This document shows, piece by piece, positions 49,982 to 60,941 of a stretch of DNA of 64,000 nucleotides (position 1 is the first letter of the stretch; each line of letters opens with the position of its first letter). The notes under the pieces were generated by a model. That model worked only from the letters and a program-made list of their open reading frames with translations, was not told the DNA's origin and ran no database searches. The translations under genes were made by a program, and so were the position numbers. This DNA comes from an uncultured delta proteobacterium (lineage in GTDB: Bacteria; Myxococcota; Myxococcia; Myxococcales; Myxococcaceae), in contig CAVQKE010000003.1 in assembly GCA_963713045.1 (NCBI GenBank), positions 960,001-1,024,000 on the forward strand, written 5' to 3'.

Positions 49982-52029
49982 ACCTTGAACCTCTGCACCT
50001 CAGCGCGCAGGACCTCGGATTGGCGCTGAAGGTCGTCGATGACCGACTCCAGCTGGCGCACGCTGCTCCCCTGGGCTTCGGCCACGGTACGGATGGCCTC
50101 CACGGCGGCCAGCACCCGCTCGGAGGCGGCTGCCTGAGCTCCGCGAGCCCGGCTGACCGCACCTGTCATTTCCCCGATGCTGGCCAGTGCGCGCGCAATC
50201 TGCCGACTGCGTTCCAGCTGAGCCTCGGTCGCGCGCTCCACGTGGGTGGTGACGTCCAGCATCCGCTGGGCGCGCTCGATCATCTGGCCCGCACCTCGCT
50301 CCTGTTCGGCGGTGGCCCGTCGCACCGCCTCCACCGCTTCGGCAATTCTCTGGACCGCGGCAGTGACCGACTTGCTGCTCCGCGACTGCTCGACCGTAGC
50401 GCGAGCAATGGCCTTCACCATCAGCGTGCTCTTCTTGGCCGAGGCGGAGATTTTCATGAGCGCCCCTTCCGCCTCATTTCCGAGTTGCACCCCCTCCTCC
50501 ACGGTGCGAAAGCCTTGGTCCACCGCAGCCCGCGCGTTTTGGCTCTCCGCCTGGACGGCTGCGATGAGGTCGGCAATCTCCTTGGTCGAAGCGCCGGTGC
50601 GTTCGGCCAGCTCCTTAATCTCATCGGCCACCACCGCGAAGCCCTTACCGTGTTCGCCCGCTTGAGCAGCGATGATGGCCGCGTTGAGCGCCAAGAGATT
50701 GGTCTGCTCCGCAACGTCGTCGATGACGTTGAGGATGTTGCCAATCTCCGAGGTGCGCTGACCGAGGTTTTCGATGACCTGGAGGGCCTCACGGCTGCTG
50801 CCCCGAATGCGGTCGATGGCCAATAGGGTGGTCTGCAGGGCCTCGCCAGCGGTGGTGGCGTCCTGGAGTACGTTTTCGGAGAGCCGGGCAGTCTCATTGG
50901 CGTTGGTCTCCACTTGGCCGATGGAGACGTCCATCTCCTGCATGCTCACCGACGTCTCCTCCGCTGAGCCATGCAGCTCTCCAACCGCGCGGGCCACCTC
51001 AGTGACGCTGCGACTCATGTCACCAATGGCGGCCGTGGTTTCTGCCGCCGCGGCTCCGAGCTGCTCCACCAATCCCGTCACATCATCATGGGTAACGGCC
51101 ATCGCGGTGGCGGTCGCGGTCCCCTCTTCCGCGCCCCGTCCGAGAAGGTCCACTTGCTCCGCCAGACCGCGCAAGGAGTTCAGCAGTTCGGAGATAACGC
51201 CGCGCGCCTCGTCGACGCGCTGGAGGACCACTGCGGCGCCCCCACTCACCGTGGTGCCGGAACGCGACAGCTGGCCGATGGCCAGCACAATGGCTTCGCC
51301 AACTCCGCGTGCCCGACCAATGGTCTCGCGCAGCGACAAACGCAGCTGGTCGAGGGCGCCGGCGAGGCGGCCAACGGCGTCGCTGCCTTCCTCGTCGAGA
51401 CCCTCGGTTAGGTCCCCCTCCCCGAGGCGGTGCGCCAACGCTGCCATCCGGCCGAGCGGCCGGTCGAGTAAGGCCCTGCTCACCAGGCCCATGCCGGCGG
51501 CAAATACCAGGACGCCCACCAGCACCGAGAGGAGCAAGCCGGAGCGCAATCCCGTCTTCACGTCCTCGAGGAACCCCTCGTCGACGACGACCAGTACCGT
51601 GGAGTCCCTGCCGACGACCGGCTCCGCGAACAGCACCAAGTGCCCGGGCAGGGCGACGCGGGACGCCCGGCCGCTCAGTTCCCACAAGGCAATGGTCGAT
51701 GCCCAGTCCAAAGCGTCGTGTCCGACGGCCTGAGTCTGGGCGCTGCCGTTGACGAGGGCCACGCCAGCCACCCCCGCCTCGGCCAAGGGGGCCTGGGCCA
51801 ACACCTGCTCGGGGCTGTCGCCGTATGGCAACCAGCCGGCGACGTGCTGCGCCAGCAGGCGGCCGGAGGCTTCGAGGCGCTCGCCCACCCGATCGAGGAC
51901 TTGCATCCGCATCAACGCCCAGGCGACCACCAGCAACAGCAAGAGTGCCAGTCCGAAACTGCCGAAGATGGCGGTGCGCAGACCGAGGTGGCGCCGTGGT
52001 CGCAGCACAGGAGAGCTGGGCAGAACCAT
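49978..52029 (-). CDS. Methyl-accepting chemotaxis protein
   Basis: Two TMs, HAMP domain, hairpin [43 protein letters not shown]. Confidence 0.93.
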   Translation of the reverse strand: MVLPSSPVLRPRRHLGLRTAIFGSFGLALLLLLVVAWALMRMQVLDRVGERLEASGRLLAQHVAGWLPYGDSPEQVLAQAPLAEAGVAGVALVNGSAQTQAVGHDALDWASTIALWELSGRASRVALPGHLVLFAEPVVGRDSTVLVVVDEGFLEDVKTGLRSGLLLSVLVGVLVFAAGMGLVSRALLDRPLGRMAALAHRLGEGDLTEGLDEEGSDAVGRLAGALDQLRLSLRETIGRARGVGEAIVLAIGQLSRSGTTVSGGAAVVLQRVDEARGVISELLNSLRGLAEQVDLLGRGAEEGTATATAMAVTHDDVTGLVEQLGAAAAETTAAIGDMSRSVTEVARAVGELHGSAEETSVSMQEMDVSIGQVETNANETARLSENVLQDATTAGEALQTTLLAIDRIRGSSREALQVIENLGQRTSEIGNILNVIDDVAEQTNLLALNAAIIAAQAGEHGKGFAVVADEIKELAERTGASTKEIADLIAAVQAESQNARAAVDQGFRTVEEGVQLGNEAEGALMKISASAKKSTLMVKAIARATVEQSRSSKSVTAAVQRIAEAVEAVRRATAEQERGAGQMIERAQRMLDVTTHVERATEAQLERSRQIARALASIGEMTGAVSRARGAQAAASERVLAAVEAIRTVAEAQGSSVRQLESVIDDLQRQSEVLRAEVQRFKV

Positions 52030-52098
52030 ACGTCAACGCGCCGTCCCACGGGAAACGACGGGCCACACCCCGCATGACGTAGAATATCCCGAGGTCCC

Positions 52099-53130
52099 AT
52101 GGCTGCCGACGCGCCCACCTTGGTCTACTCAGACCCTCTGTTTCTGGAGCACGACCCAGGCCGCGGGCACCCCGAGTCCCCCGCCCGGCTTCAGCGGGTG
52201 TTGTCCACGCTGAAGGAGCTTCCGGTGACAGGCGTGGAGATGGTGCGCCCGCGTCCGGCCACCGACGCCGAGGTGGCCAGGGTGCATACCCCCGCGCTGC
52301 GCGCCCAGCTGGCCGCCACTGCCGGCAAGCAGATGACGCTTGACGCCGACACCCACGTTTCACCGCGTAGCTATGAGGCGGCATTGCTCGCCGCGGGGGC
52401 GGCGGTCGGCGCCACCGAAGCAGTGCTCAACGGCCAGGCCCGCAACGCGTTCGCCTTGGTGCGGCCGCCGGGGCACCACGCCGAGCCGAACGAGATGATG
52501 GGCTTTTGCCTCCTCAACAATGCCGCCATCGCTGCCGAGGCCGCGCGCCTGGCGGGCGCCGAGCGGGTGCTGGTGCTGGATTGGGACGTCCACCATGGCA
52601 ACGGAACCGAGGCGGCCTTCTGGAGACGCTCCGACGTCCTCTACCAGTCAGTCCACCAGTACCCATTTTACCCCGGCACTGGGGCACACCACGACGTGGG
52701 AGAGGGGCCGGGAGCGGGCTTTACCGTCAACTGCGGGCTCCCCGGCGGCCGCACCGACGCGGACTTCGGCGCTGTCTTCCACGACCTGTTGCTTCCCATT
52801 GCCTCGGCGTTTGCTCCACAGCTGGTCATCGTCTCGGCCGGATTCGACCCCCACGAGGACGACCCACTCGGCGGAATGCTGTGTACCGAGCGAGGCTTTG
52901 CAGCAATGTGCAGCGTGGTGAAGCAGCTGGCCGAAGCGACCAGCGGTGGACGTCTGGTGCTGTTGCTGGAGGGCGGCTATTCGCTCGGTGGACTGCCGCG
53001 GAGCGTCCACGCCTGCCTCGAAGTGCTGACCGGCCGTTCGGAGGAGTTTCCCACCGGCGCGAGCCAAGACGCGAGACACGCCATCCAACTCAGCCGCGAG
53101 GCACTACGGCCCTACTGGCCGAGACTGTAA
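52099..53130 (+). CDS. Histone deacetylase family (Zn-dependent) deacylase
   Basis: HPE.P.RL, RPPGHHA, GFC, DWDVHHGNGT, YPGTG, SAGFD, LEGGY. Confidence 0.93.
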   Translation: MAADAPTLVYSDPLFLEHDPGRGHPESPARLQRVLSTLKELPVTGVEMVRPRPATDAEVARVHTPALRAQLAATAGKQMTLDADTHVSPRSYEAALLAAGAAVGATEAVLNGQARNAFALVRPPGHHAEPNEMMGFCLLNNAAIAAEAARLAGAERVLVLDWDVHHGNGTEAAFWRRSDVLYQSVHQYPFYPGTGAHHDVGEGPGAGFTVNCGLPGGRTDADFGAVFHDLLLPIASAFAPQLVIVSAGFDPHEDDPLGGMLCTERGFAAMCSVVKQLAEATSGGRLVLLLEGGYSLGGLPRSVHACLEVLTGRSEEFPTGASQDARHAIQLSREALRPYWPRL

Positions 53131-53137
53131 AGCGGGC

Positions 53138-53920
53138 ATGGCGGACTACATTCACGGCAGTACCGACCTGCGCGAGGTGGCTCGTCTCATCAAGCAGGCC
53201 CTGGTGTGGGTGGCCCCGAGAATGCTCGAGGACTTCACTGCCCGGCCTGGGATGCGGGTGCTTGACCTCGGCACGGGCGTGGGAGCCATGGCGGCAGCGC
53301 TCTCCCGGCGGCACCCAGGCATTGAACTCTGGGGACTCGACCTCCGCACCCCGCAGCTTCAACAGGCCAAGGCGCTCCACCCCATCGCCACCTACGTTCA
53401 GGGCGATGCCAAGCACCTACCATTTCCGGACGCGAGTTTTGACCGGGTGCACGCCAGCTGGGTGCTGGAACACATTCCGGGGCCGGCCGCCGTCCTGAGC
53501 GAAGTGAGGCGCATTCTGGTGCCCGGCGGACAATGCTTCTTCTTGGAAGTCGACAACGCCACACTCCGTCTGGTCCCCCCATCGGCCGACATCGAGCGCG
53601 CGCTGGCGGCGTTAAACCAACTGCAGCAGGCCGCTGGTGGCGACCCTTTCATCGGCCGCAAACTGGAGGGGTTGATGCGAGGCGCGGGCTTCTCTTCGGT
53701 GCAGGTCCGCTCGGTCGAAGTCGATGGCGACGCGTCGGACGCAGAGACGCTGCGCTCCAGCGCGGAGGAATGCGCGGAGATTTTCGAAAGTCTCGACGAG
53801 AGCCTGGGGCCCGAGGAGAAGCCGCTGCTGTTGGCCGCAGCGAGAAGCGCACGGCAATTGGCTCATCTCCCGGGAGCGGAGTTTCATTTCCGTCCGGTGG
53901 CGGCGCTCGGCACCCGCTGA
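53138..53920 (+). CDS. Class I SAM-dependent methyltransferase
   Basis: VLDLGTGVG, GDA..LPF.D.SFD, RILVPGG. Confidence 0.88.
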   Translation: MADYIHGSTDLREVARLIKQALVWVAPRMLEDFTARPGMRVLDLGTGVGAMAAALSRRHPGIELWGLDLRTPQLQQAKALHPIATYVQGDAKHLPFPDASFDRVHASWVLEHIPGPAAVLSEVRRILVPGGQCFFLEVDNATLRLVPPSADIERALAALNQLQQAAGGDPFIGRKLEGLMRGAGFSSVQVRSVEVDGDASDAETLRSSAEECAEIFESLDESLGPEEKPLLLAAARSARQLAHLPGAEFHFRPVAALGTR

Positions 53921-53975
53921 CGTCAGCGGGATTCCCCTTGCCAGCCCCCTGCGGATGCACCACACCCCAGGGGCC

Positions 53976-54761
53976 ATGGAAAACACCTACGCCAACATCG
54001 TCATCACCGGGGCGTCGAGCGGGCTCGGACGGGCGCTCTCACTGTGGTTTGCGCGCCGAGGGGCCCGGGTCTACGCCGCCGCGCGGCGCGAGGAGTTGCT
54101 CCAGGCGTTGAAGGCCGAGGCCTCCGCTGGCCCTGGCAGCGTGGTGCCGGTCCGCTTGGACGTGGCACAGGCGGACGAGACCGTTGAGACGCTTCGTGCC
54201 CTCGACCAGGCCACGCCCGGAGGCATTGACTTGGTGGTGGCCAACGCCGGAGTCGGCGGAATGCTCAATGCCCAGCGGGCCGACTGGCCAGCCATCCGCC
54301 AGATGCTCGAAGTGAATGTCCTCGGCGCCACCGCGACGCTGGCAGCGCTCGCACCGCGGATGGCCGAGCGCCAAAAGGGACACCTGGTGGGCATCTCCTC
54401 GCTTGCCGCGTGGATTGTCATCCCCCGCTTCGGCGTCTACGCGGCAAGCAAGTTGTATTTGCAGACCTACTGCAGGGCGCTGGCAGTGGACCTCGGGCCC
54501 TTGGGGGTCCGCGTCACATGCATCAATCCGGGCTTCGTGAAGAGCGAGATGACCGCCAACAACCGCTTTCGGATGCCCTTTCTCCTCGACACCGACGACG
54601 CCGCGAACAGAATGGGGCAGGCGATTCTGCGCGGGGAGGGGCGCTTTGCATTCCCCTGGCAGACGGCATGGCTGACCCGTCTCGGAAGCCTTCTGCCGAG
54701 TTGGGTGCTCGCCCGTTCCGAAGGGCCCCCGTCGGGGCGCTCCTCAGGGCGCGCGCCGTAA
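53976..54761 (+). CDS. Short-chain dehydrogenase/reductase
   Basis: TGASSGLG, ANAG, ISS, YAASK, PGFVKSEM. ATG at 53976. Confidence 0.9.
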   Translation: MENTYANIVITGASSGLGRALSLWFARRGARVYAAARREELLQALKAEASAGPGSVVPVRLDVAQADETVETLRALDQATPGGIDLVVANAGVGGMLNAQRADWPAIRQMLEVNVLGATATLAALAPRMAERQKGHLVGISSLAAWIVIPRFGVYAASKLYLQTYCRALAVDLGPLGVRVTCINPGFVKSEMTANNRFRMPFLLDTDDAANRMGQAILRGEGRFAFPWQTAWLTRLGSLLPSWVLARSEGPPSGRSSGRAP

Positions 54762-54792
54762 GGCCCTCACTCCGGCGCCGCGTTTCTGGGGG

Positions 54793-56586
54793 CTACTTCC
54801 TGCCGCGAAAGGTGTACTGCTTCTTCACCGTTGCGCCCGGACGCACGTAGACCGACCACGACGCAATCACCTTGGAGTTGGTAACCGTCACTTCGTGCTC
54901 ACCCTTGTGCACCACGAAGCTGTGCGTCCCTTCAATGGGCGTGGGCTCCTTCCCGTCGATGGTGACGGTGCCCCCAGGGGTTAAGGTCACCTCGACAATG
55001 CCTTCGTCGGGCCCCCCCTGTGGGGCTGGCGGCGTCGTCCCTTCAAGGCGCGGCGGGACCGCAATGCCGACCAGCGGCTGGGCGAGGGTGGGTTCCGTCG
55101 CCGTGCCGGCAGTCTGTGGAGGCTCGGGCGCCTTCGTCAGCTGAAGGCTGGTGTTCGGGGAGTTGGACACCGCCGTCGGCTTGTCGGCGGGCCTCGACAG
55201 GGCGACGGCGAGCACCACCGAGAGCAGGGTCGAAAGGACCGCGACGGCGCCCACCAGCAGCACCGCCCGGGAAGGGCTGGTGCCCGTCAGCCTTTTCACC
55301 GCGGCTCGCGCGGCTTCCTCCAGCGCGGCCAGACGCGCCCTGAGGGCCATGCTGTCCATCAGCGGAACCGCCGAGACGGGGCGGCGCTGCGTCGCCCCCT
55401 CACCGTCGTCGTCTGGCCCGGGCGGCGAAGTCGGCGTGCGGTGCGAAGGCTGCCGATCCGGCCGCGCCGAGCGCGAAATGTCGAGCAGCATTGTTTTCGG
55501 AGTCCCGGATTCGGCCAACAGGTCTGGCGGCATCGTCGCCTTCGCCGAGCGACCACTGGCCGCCGCGGCTTCGGGTCGCTGCCTGGTCGGCACGCTGGGC
55601 TCGCGCCCGACCTGGCTGGCTCCAGTGCCTTGGCCAGCGGCCACCGACGTTTCCGAGCGCTCCGCTTCGACCGGGAAGAGGTCCCGGACAAATGCCCCGA
55701 CGTCGGTGTCCTCGGGGCCCTGGCTGTGATGGAGGACGTAGCGCAGCAGGGCCCGCTCCAAATCGGCCGCCGTTTGGTAGCGGTTCGCCGGAAGGCGTTC
55801 CAACGACCTCATGATGACCGTACTGAGTTCCGTGTCCACGTCTGGATTAAGGTCCGCCGGCGGCAGAACGGCCCGCTCTTGGACGGCGCGCAGCACTGCC
55901 AAGTCGGTGTCGCCGTCAAACAGGCGGCCCCCCGTCAGCAACTCCCAGAGGGTGATGCCCAAGGTGAAGAGGTCCGTGCGGGCGTCGACGGCGTCTCCTC
56001 GCGCCTGCTCCGGTGCCATGTAGGCGAACTTTCCTTTCAGCATCCCGACGGTGGTGGCCCGGCCGCCAGCTTTGGCAATGCCGAAGTCGGTGAGCTTCAC
56101 TGCGCCGTCGTACGAAAGCAGGATGTTGTGGGGCGTGACGTCGCGATGGACGAGATTCAGCGGTTGCCCGTGGTCGGCCAACCGATGCGCGTACCCGAGG
56201 CCACGGGCGACCTCCAGGCCGACTTGCGCCACCAAGACCGGGGGGATGGGAGTGCTCAGCTCACGAGCGCGTTTGTGGGCCTCGACCAACGAGCGACCGC
56301 GGATGTACTCCATCGCCAGGTAATAGCTGTCCTCGTGGCGGTCGAAGTCGAAGATGTGGACCAGGTTCGGATGGCTGAGCCGGCTGGCGAGCCGCGCCTC
56401 AGCGATAAACATCTCCACGAAGGACGCATCGCTGGCCAGCCCCGAGCGGATGCGCTTGATGACGACCGGCTTCTCAAATCCCTCTGCGCCCTGTGCGGTG
56501 GCGAGAAAAAGCTCGGCCATGCCGCCTTCGGCCAGTTTGCGCTGGACGACGTACTTGCCGACGACGGTGCCTGGCGCGAGCGACAC
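54793..56586 (-). CDS. Membrane-anchored Hanks-type Ser/Thr protein kinase
   Basis: GGMAEL, VIKR, HRDVTPHN, DFGIAK, YMAPEQ, a TM helix and a PEGA-like C-terminus. Confidence 0.93.
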   Translation of the reverse strand: MSLAPGTVVGKYVVQRKLAEGGMAELFLATAQGAEGFEKPVVIKRIRSGLASDASFVEMFIAEARLASRLSHPNLVHIFDFDRHEDSYYLAMEYIRGRSLVEAHKRARELSTPIPPVLVAQVGLEVARGLGYAHRLADHGQPLNLVHRDVTPHNILLSYDGAVKLTDFGIAKAGGRATTVGMLKGKFAYMAPEQARGDAVDARTDLFTLGITLWELLTGGRLFDGDTDLAVLRAVQERAVLPPADLNPDVDTELSTVIMRSLERLPANRYQTAADLERALLRYVLHHSQGPEDTDVGAFVRDLFPVEAERSETSVAAGQGTGASQVGREPSVPTRQRPEAAAASGRSAKATMPPDLLAESGTPKTMLLDISRSARPDRQPSHRTPTSPPGPDDDGEGATQRRPVSAVPLMDSMALRARLAALEEAARAAVKRLTGTSPSRAVLLVGAVAVLSTLLSVVLAVALSRPADKPTAVSNSPNTSLQLTKAPEPPQTAGTATEPTLAQPLVGIAVPPRLEGTTPPAPQGGPDEGIVEVTLTPGGTVTIDGKEPTPIEGTHSFVVHKGEHEVTVTNSKVIASWSVYVRPGATVKKQYTFRGRK

Positions 56587-56693
56587 GGCCTACATCCCCC
56601 ATTCCTTCCTCGACACTACCTCTGCCACTGGCGCTCGGCGCAAGCCAAAGACTACGGCCTCCCTCGCCGATGAGACGCTAGGCTGAGGGCTGG

Positions 56694-58193
56694 ATGAGTG
56701 TCCCCGCCATCGACGGACTGAAGCGGTTGTCGGAAGACAGCCTTCGCCGCTTCCGCGAGCGTGTCGACGCACTGGGCTATAGGCCTGAGTTTCTTGCCGA
56801 GGCGGAATCCGTGGCCCCGGGCCAACTGGACGCCGTGTCCCTTCCGCTCGTTCGCTGGGAACTGGCACGTCGGGGTGACGCGGCGGGTCGGCTTGCACTC
56901 CTCTTGGGTTACGGCGACGCGGTGCAGGCCGGCCGGGTCGAGACTGACCTGGGAAGCGACTTGGTCGCGGCTTTGGTTGGCGCTGGGCTCCTGCTGGCGA
57001 CCCAGGAGGGAGCGCTGAGGTGCCCGTTTCGGGTGGTTCCCCTCGAGGGGCTGCTTCTGCTCGGCGACGAACCATCGGCCGGCGCCGAGGTGGTGATGGG
57101 CCCAGGCCCCACCACTCTCGAGCTGGCCTCCCAGCTGCCCCGCTCGTGCAGCGGCCCGGCTTTGGATGTCGGAGCTGGGGCCGGAACACTGGCACTCCTT
57201 CTGGCGGCGCGCGGGGCCACGCCGGTGGTGGGCACGGACATCAACCCGCGCGCCACCGCCATCGGCGTCTTCAACGCGCGCCTCAACGGGTTGGCGGTCG
57301 ATTTTCGCACCGGAGACCTCGATGCTCCGGTGTTGGGCGAACGTTTCGAATGGGTCGTCTCCCAGCCCGCCTACGTGCTGCGTCCGGAAGGGGCGGCGGC
57401 TGTCACCTTCCTGCACGGTGGCCGGCGCGGCGACGAGTTGGCCTTCCGGCTTCTCGCCCGGACTGCGTCGCTGCTCGCGGCGCAGGGAACGGCCCTTCTC
57501 CTCTTCGACACGCCCATCGAGACGCAGCTGCCACTTGCCCAGCGACTGCGCGCGGCGCTCGGCAGTGCCGCCGTGGACGCGCTCGTTCTTGCCGCCCCGG
57601 CGCTCAGCCCAGGCGCTCAGGCGGTAGGGTATGCCGCCCTGGCGGTCCCAGATTTGGGGGCCGGTTTCGCCGAGACGGTGCGTCTGTACCGAAATCATTT
57701 GGCTGAGCTCGCCCTCAAGGAGTGGACCCATGCGCTGGTGGTGCTCCGGTCCCAGCCGGGGCTGCCCCCCGGCGGCCGCTACACCGTCCAGCTGCCCGTA
57801 AAGAGGCTCTCCCAGGGCGGTCCCGAGGCGCTGGTTCGGCTTGTCGGCGCGCTGGAGGTCGCGTTGTTGCCTGATGCGGAGCTCCTCGGCAGGGCGGTGG
57901 GCTTTCAGCCGCGGGCCAAGCTGGTGGAGGAACGGGCGCGGCCAGGTGCCGAGCCAGTGCGCCGGGTGAGCTTCGAATACGGCGCGTTCGGGACCGAACA
58001 CGCCTTGACCGACGCGGGCCTCGCGCTCCTCGAGGCACTGCAGCAGGCAAGCGACATCGCCGGAGCGGTGGAGCGTTACGCCGAGCTGTGCGATGCCAAG
58101 CCAGCTGAGGTCCAACAGACGGTGCTGGGTTTCGTCCGCGAGGGCCTCGGGCGAGGCTTGCTTATCCCCAGGGACCCTTCCGCCGGGCCCTAT
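56694..58193 (+). CDS. SAM-dependent methyltransferase (MTS/HemK-like) with a C-terminal PqqD-like helical domain; native stop apparently lost, frame reads on to 59276
   Basis: LDVGAGAG, TDINPRA, GDL..P, VVSQPAY. Protein-like sequence ends at GLLIPRDPSAGP, then the frame enters antisense transposase DNA. Confidence 0.8.
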
Positions 58194-58749
58194 GCGCGCA
58201 TAACTCATGGCCTTGTGCTTCGAGGCGTTGGCCTGAATTTTCGTCCCGTCCAGGGCAACGTGCCCCAGCTTCACCATGCCCGCCTTCTGGCACAGGTGCA
58301 GCACCTGGCCGAAGAGGGCGGCAAGCGCCTCGAGGTGCCGAAGTCGAAACTTGTTGACCGTCCTGAAGTCCGGCCGCTGCATGGCCGTCACAGCCATAAA
58401 GTCGACGCGGGTCTCGCAGGCACGGGCTATTTTTCTCGAGGAGCGCACCCCTTGCGTGTACGCGAAGAGCAGAAGCGCGGTCATCATCACCGGGTGGTAG
58501 GGGGGAAATCCCCGCTCCTCCTCGTACGTCCCCAGAATGGCGTCGAGGTTCAGCTCCTCTCTCACCAACTCCCGGATGAAGTGGGCAGCGTCGCGGGCCG
58601 GCACCAGGTCCCGAACCGACGGCGGGAGCAGCCACGCTTCGTCCACCTTCCACTCCCGAAACGTCTTCGCCATTCGCAGAGGCAATCACACCTGGACTGC
58701 GGGACGCGATCCCCCCACCATCTCCCCGTGACCATTACGGGACATGCCC
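58192..58749 (-). mobile_element. Truncated IS1182-family insertion sequence (left end plus the 5' 160 codons of the transposase)
   Basis: MAKTFREW...PYHP..M..LLLFAY..GVRSSRKIA..C...PDFRT...FR...LDGTKIQANASKHKAMSY (DUF772/DDE N-terminal part; ATG 58673). Putative IRL GGGCATGTCCCGTAA at 58735-58749 adjoins CTAG. Confidence 0.85.
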
Positions 58750-58845
58750 TAGGGCGAGCGCTTCGGGAGGAACGCCAGCTTTGGCTCGCCACCCCACCGC
58801 AGCCCGCGAGCGCAGTAACATTACCCACGGGGCACGAGAAAGCGG

Positions 58846-60135
58846 ATGTCACCTGCAATCGCCACCAGATGGGACATCCTCGAGGAGCACCTCGACGAGG
58901 CGGCCTTTCTCCAAGGAATGTGGGAGCGGGCTCTCCGAGCCCCGCAGTACTCGCTCAGCCAAATTGCCGAGGGGCCGGAAGCGAGGATGCTGGCCCACCT
59001 CGACGGGTTGGTGGTGGGCGGTCCCCCAGTGGCGGAGAGGCTGCTCCTTCCAGCGCTCCGCACCGAGGAGCCCGGTGTGGCATTCGCCGCGGCGTTCGCG
59101 TTGGTGGAAGGCAACCCGGACCACGTCTCAGCCGTGCTCTCCGCCCTCGACCCGGCCAAGGCGGCACCGGCCGCGGCCCTGTTGCGCGCGCTTGCTCTCG
59201 CGCCCAGCCTCGAGCTGGACCAGAGGCTCCTCGCCGTCCTTCCCCGGGCAGGGAACAAGCAGCTGCAGTTGCTTGAGCCATTCGCGTACCGGCGGCTCGA
59301 CCCGGGGCTGCGCCTGGAAGCCCTGGTGGCGTCCAGCGAGCCGAACCAACAGGCACTCGGCTTCCGCGTGGCTGGCCTGCTCCCCGGACGCCTCGACCCA
59401 TCGGCGTGGAAGGACGGCCTGAGCTCGCCGGAGGCTGTGGTGCGGGGTGCCGCACTGCGGAGTGGAATGGTGTTGGGCATCCGCGGAACTTTCGCCTCGG
59501 CGGAGGCGATTGTCTCCGGCCGTGAACCTGGCTTCGAGACGGCCGCCCTGTTGCTGGGTCTGTCCGGTGACGAGAAGTCGGTGCTCGCGTTGGTCCCCGC
59601 CCTCGCCGATGACAGCGTGGCCACCGCGGCGGCCTTCGCCCTTGGTTTCTCGGGACGCACCTCCGCTGCCAACGCGCTTCTCGAGGCGATGCGGGACGAC
59701 GGCGTCGCACCGGCCGCTGCCGAGGGATTCGCCGCCATCACCGGGCTGAAGTTGGACAAGCGACTGACGCGGAGGCCGAAGCCCTGGAACCCCGGGGACA
59801 TCGAGGAGGACGAGCCCGCGAAACTCGGCCCCGAGGCGGACCTCCCACACCCCGAAGCAGAGGCGGTGGCCGCCTGGTGGGCCACGGCACGCCAGAAACT
59901 CGACCCCTCACAACGCTGGGTACGCGGTGGCATCTGGAATGCGGAGGCAGTCCTCGGCGAGCTCGAGCAGGGAAGCGCCAGACGGCGCGACGCGCTGGCG
60001 CTCGACCTGGCAGTTCGCACCCGCGGCCAGGCTCGGCTGGCCTGGGACGCCCTGTCCGCGCGGCAAAGGAAGGAGTTGGCTGAACTCCATTCACTCGCCA
60101 GCCGTGTTTCGCCCAAGGCGTACCGCGACGCCTAA
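58846..60135 (+). CDS. TIGR02270 family HEAT-repeat protein
   Basis: WDILEEHLDEAAFL..WERAL..P.Y.L...E.RM.AHLDGL; LP.P....V..WW; RRR.AL...L..RT. Confidence 0.82.
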   Translation: MSPAIATRWDILEEHLDEAAFLQGMWERALRAPQYSLSQIAEGPEARMLAHLDGLVVGGPPVAERLLLPALRTEEPGVAFAAAFALVEGNPDHVSAVLSALDPAKAAPAAALLRALALAPSLELDQRLLAVLPRAGNKQLQLLEPFAYRRLDPGLRLEALVASSEPNQQALGFRVAGLLPGRLDPSAWKDGLSSPEAVVRGAALRSGMVLGIRGTFASAEAIVSGREPGFETAALLLGLSGDEKSVLALVPALADDSVATAAAFALGFSGRTSAANALLEAMRDDGVAPAAAEGFAAITGLKLDKRLTRRPKPWNPGDIEEDEPAKLGPEADLPHPEAEAVAAWWATARQKLDPSQRWVRGGIWNAEAVLGELEQGSARRRDALALDLAVRTRGQARLAWDALSARQRKELAELHSLASRVSPKAYRDA

Positions 60136-60139
60136 AGAC

Positions 60140-60910
60140 TTAGCGCGAGGAAAATTCGTCGGGAGGACGGCCCGGCTCGCCCGGGAGCAGCGCCAAGGAG
60201 GGGCACCCGGGGTACTCGGCCGCGAGGCTCAGGCCCGCCCGGCGCGCCAGCTTGAGCAGGGCAATTCCCTCGACAAACACTTGGGTGCCGATGGCCGTCG
60301 ACAAGTCTTCGTCGGCAAGCTGCTTGTCCGCCACGATGTCTGAGGCCCGCCGCTCCAGCATCCGCTGGAATGCTGCTTCGAATTGAGTTGCGTCCTTGTG
60401 GTGTAGGACGCGACAGAACGCCACCCGCCCATCGCCCCGTTCGGCAGCGCGCTCCAAACCGACCAGCGCTTCCTCCTCGGCCCCGCCGGTGAGGTGAAGC
60501 CCGAGGAAGCGCTGGTAGCAGTAATCGTCTTCGTATTCGTCGCCTTGCCTCCATGCAGAAGGCGAAAGCTTGAAGATTTCACCGGCGAGCGCCCAATCCT
60601 CCGCAGCGACCGCGTCGAGCATTGAGCCGGAACGGCTCAGCGCGAGAAAGTAGTCGGCATAGCGGCTTCGGGCGCATCGGTCGAGCCAGGCTCGCCTGGC
60701 CTGACCGCTCATCACCAGGTCGCTGGAGAACCCCTCTCGGTTGGCATCGATGAGCAGTCGAAGGATGGCGTGGGCGCGCAGCGCTTCGGCAGCCTCCTCG
60801 TAGAATCGGCCCGCTTCCTCGAGACTGCATTTCGGGTGGCGGATGTTTTCCAAGCAAAAACTGACGTGGCTGGCCAAGGTTTCGAAGCTGTCTTCGCCGA
60901 AGCGCATCAT
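60140..60910 (-). CDS. Imm49-like immunity protein
   Basis: Alpha-helical, with EYEDDYCY and a C-terminal VEGIALL.LA...G.....YP..P motif. Located after the toxin and Imm11 genes. Confidence 0.7.
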   Translation of the reverse strand: MMRFGEDSFETLASHVSFCLENIRHPKCSLEEAGRFYEEAAEALRAHAILRLLIDANREGFSSDLVMSGQARRAWLDRCARSRYADYFLALSRSGSMLDAVAAEDWALAGEIFKLSPSAWRQGDEYEDDYCYQRFLGLHLTGGAEEEALVGLERAAERGDGRVAFCRVLHHKDATQFEAAFQRMLERRASDIVADKQLADEDLSTAIGTQVFVEGIALLKLARRAGLSLAAEYPGCPSLALLPGEPGRPPDEFSSR

Positions 60911-60941
60911 CCGAAAGTCGATTCCCAGGTTCGCTGGCTGG

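Noticed and set aside
56652..58191. 677-aa 'transposase' ORF continuing to 56652
   Set aside because: Only the first ~160 codons are transposase. The rest is antisense to the methyltransferase.
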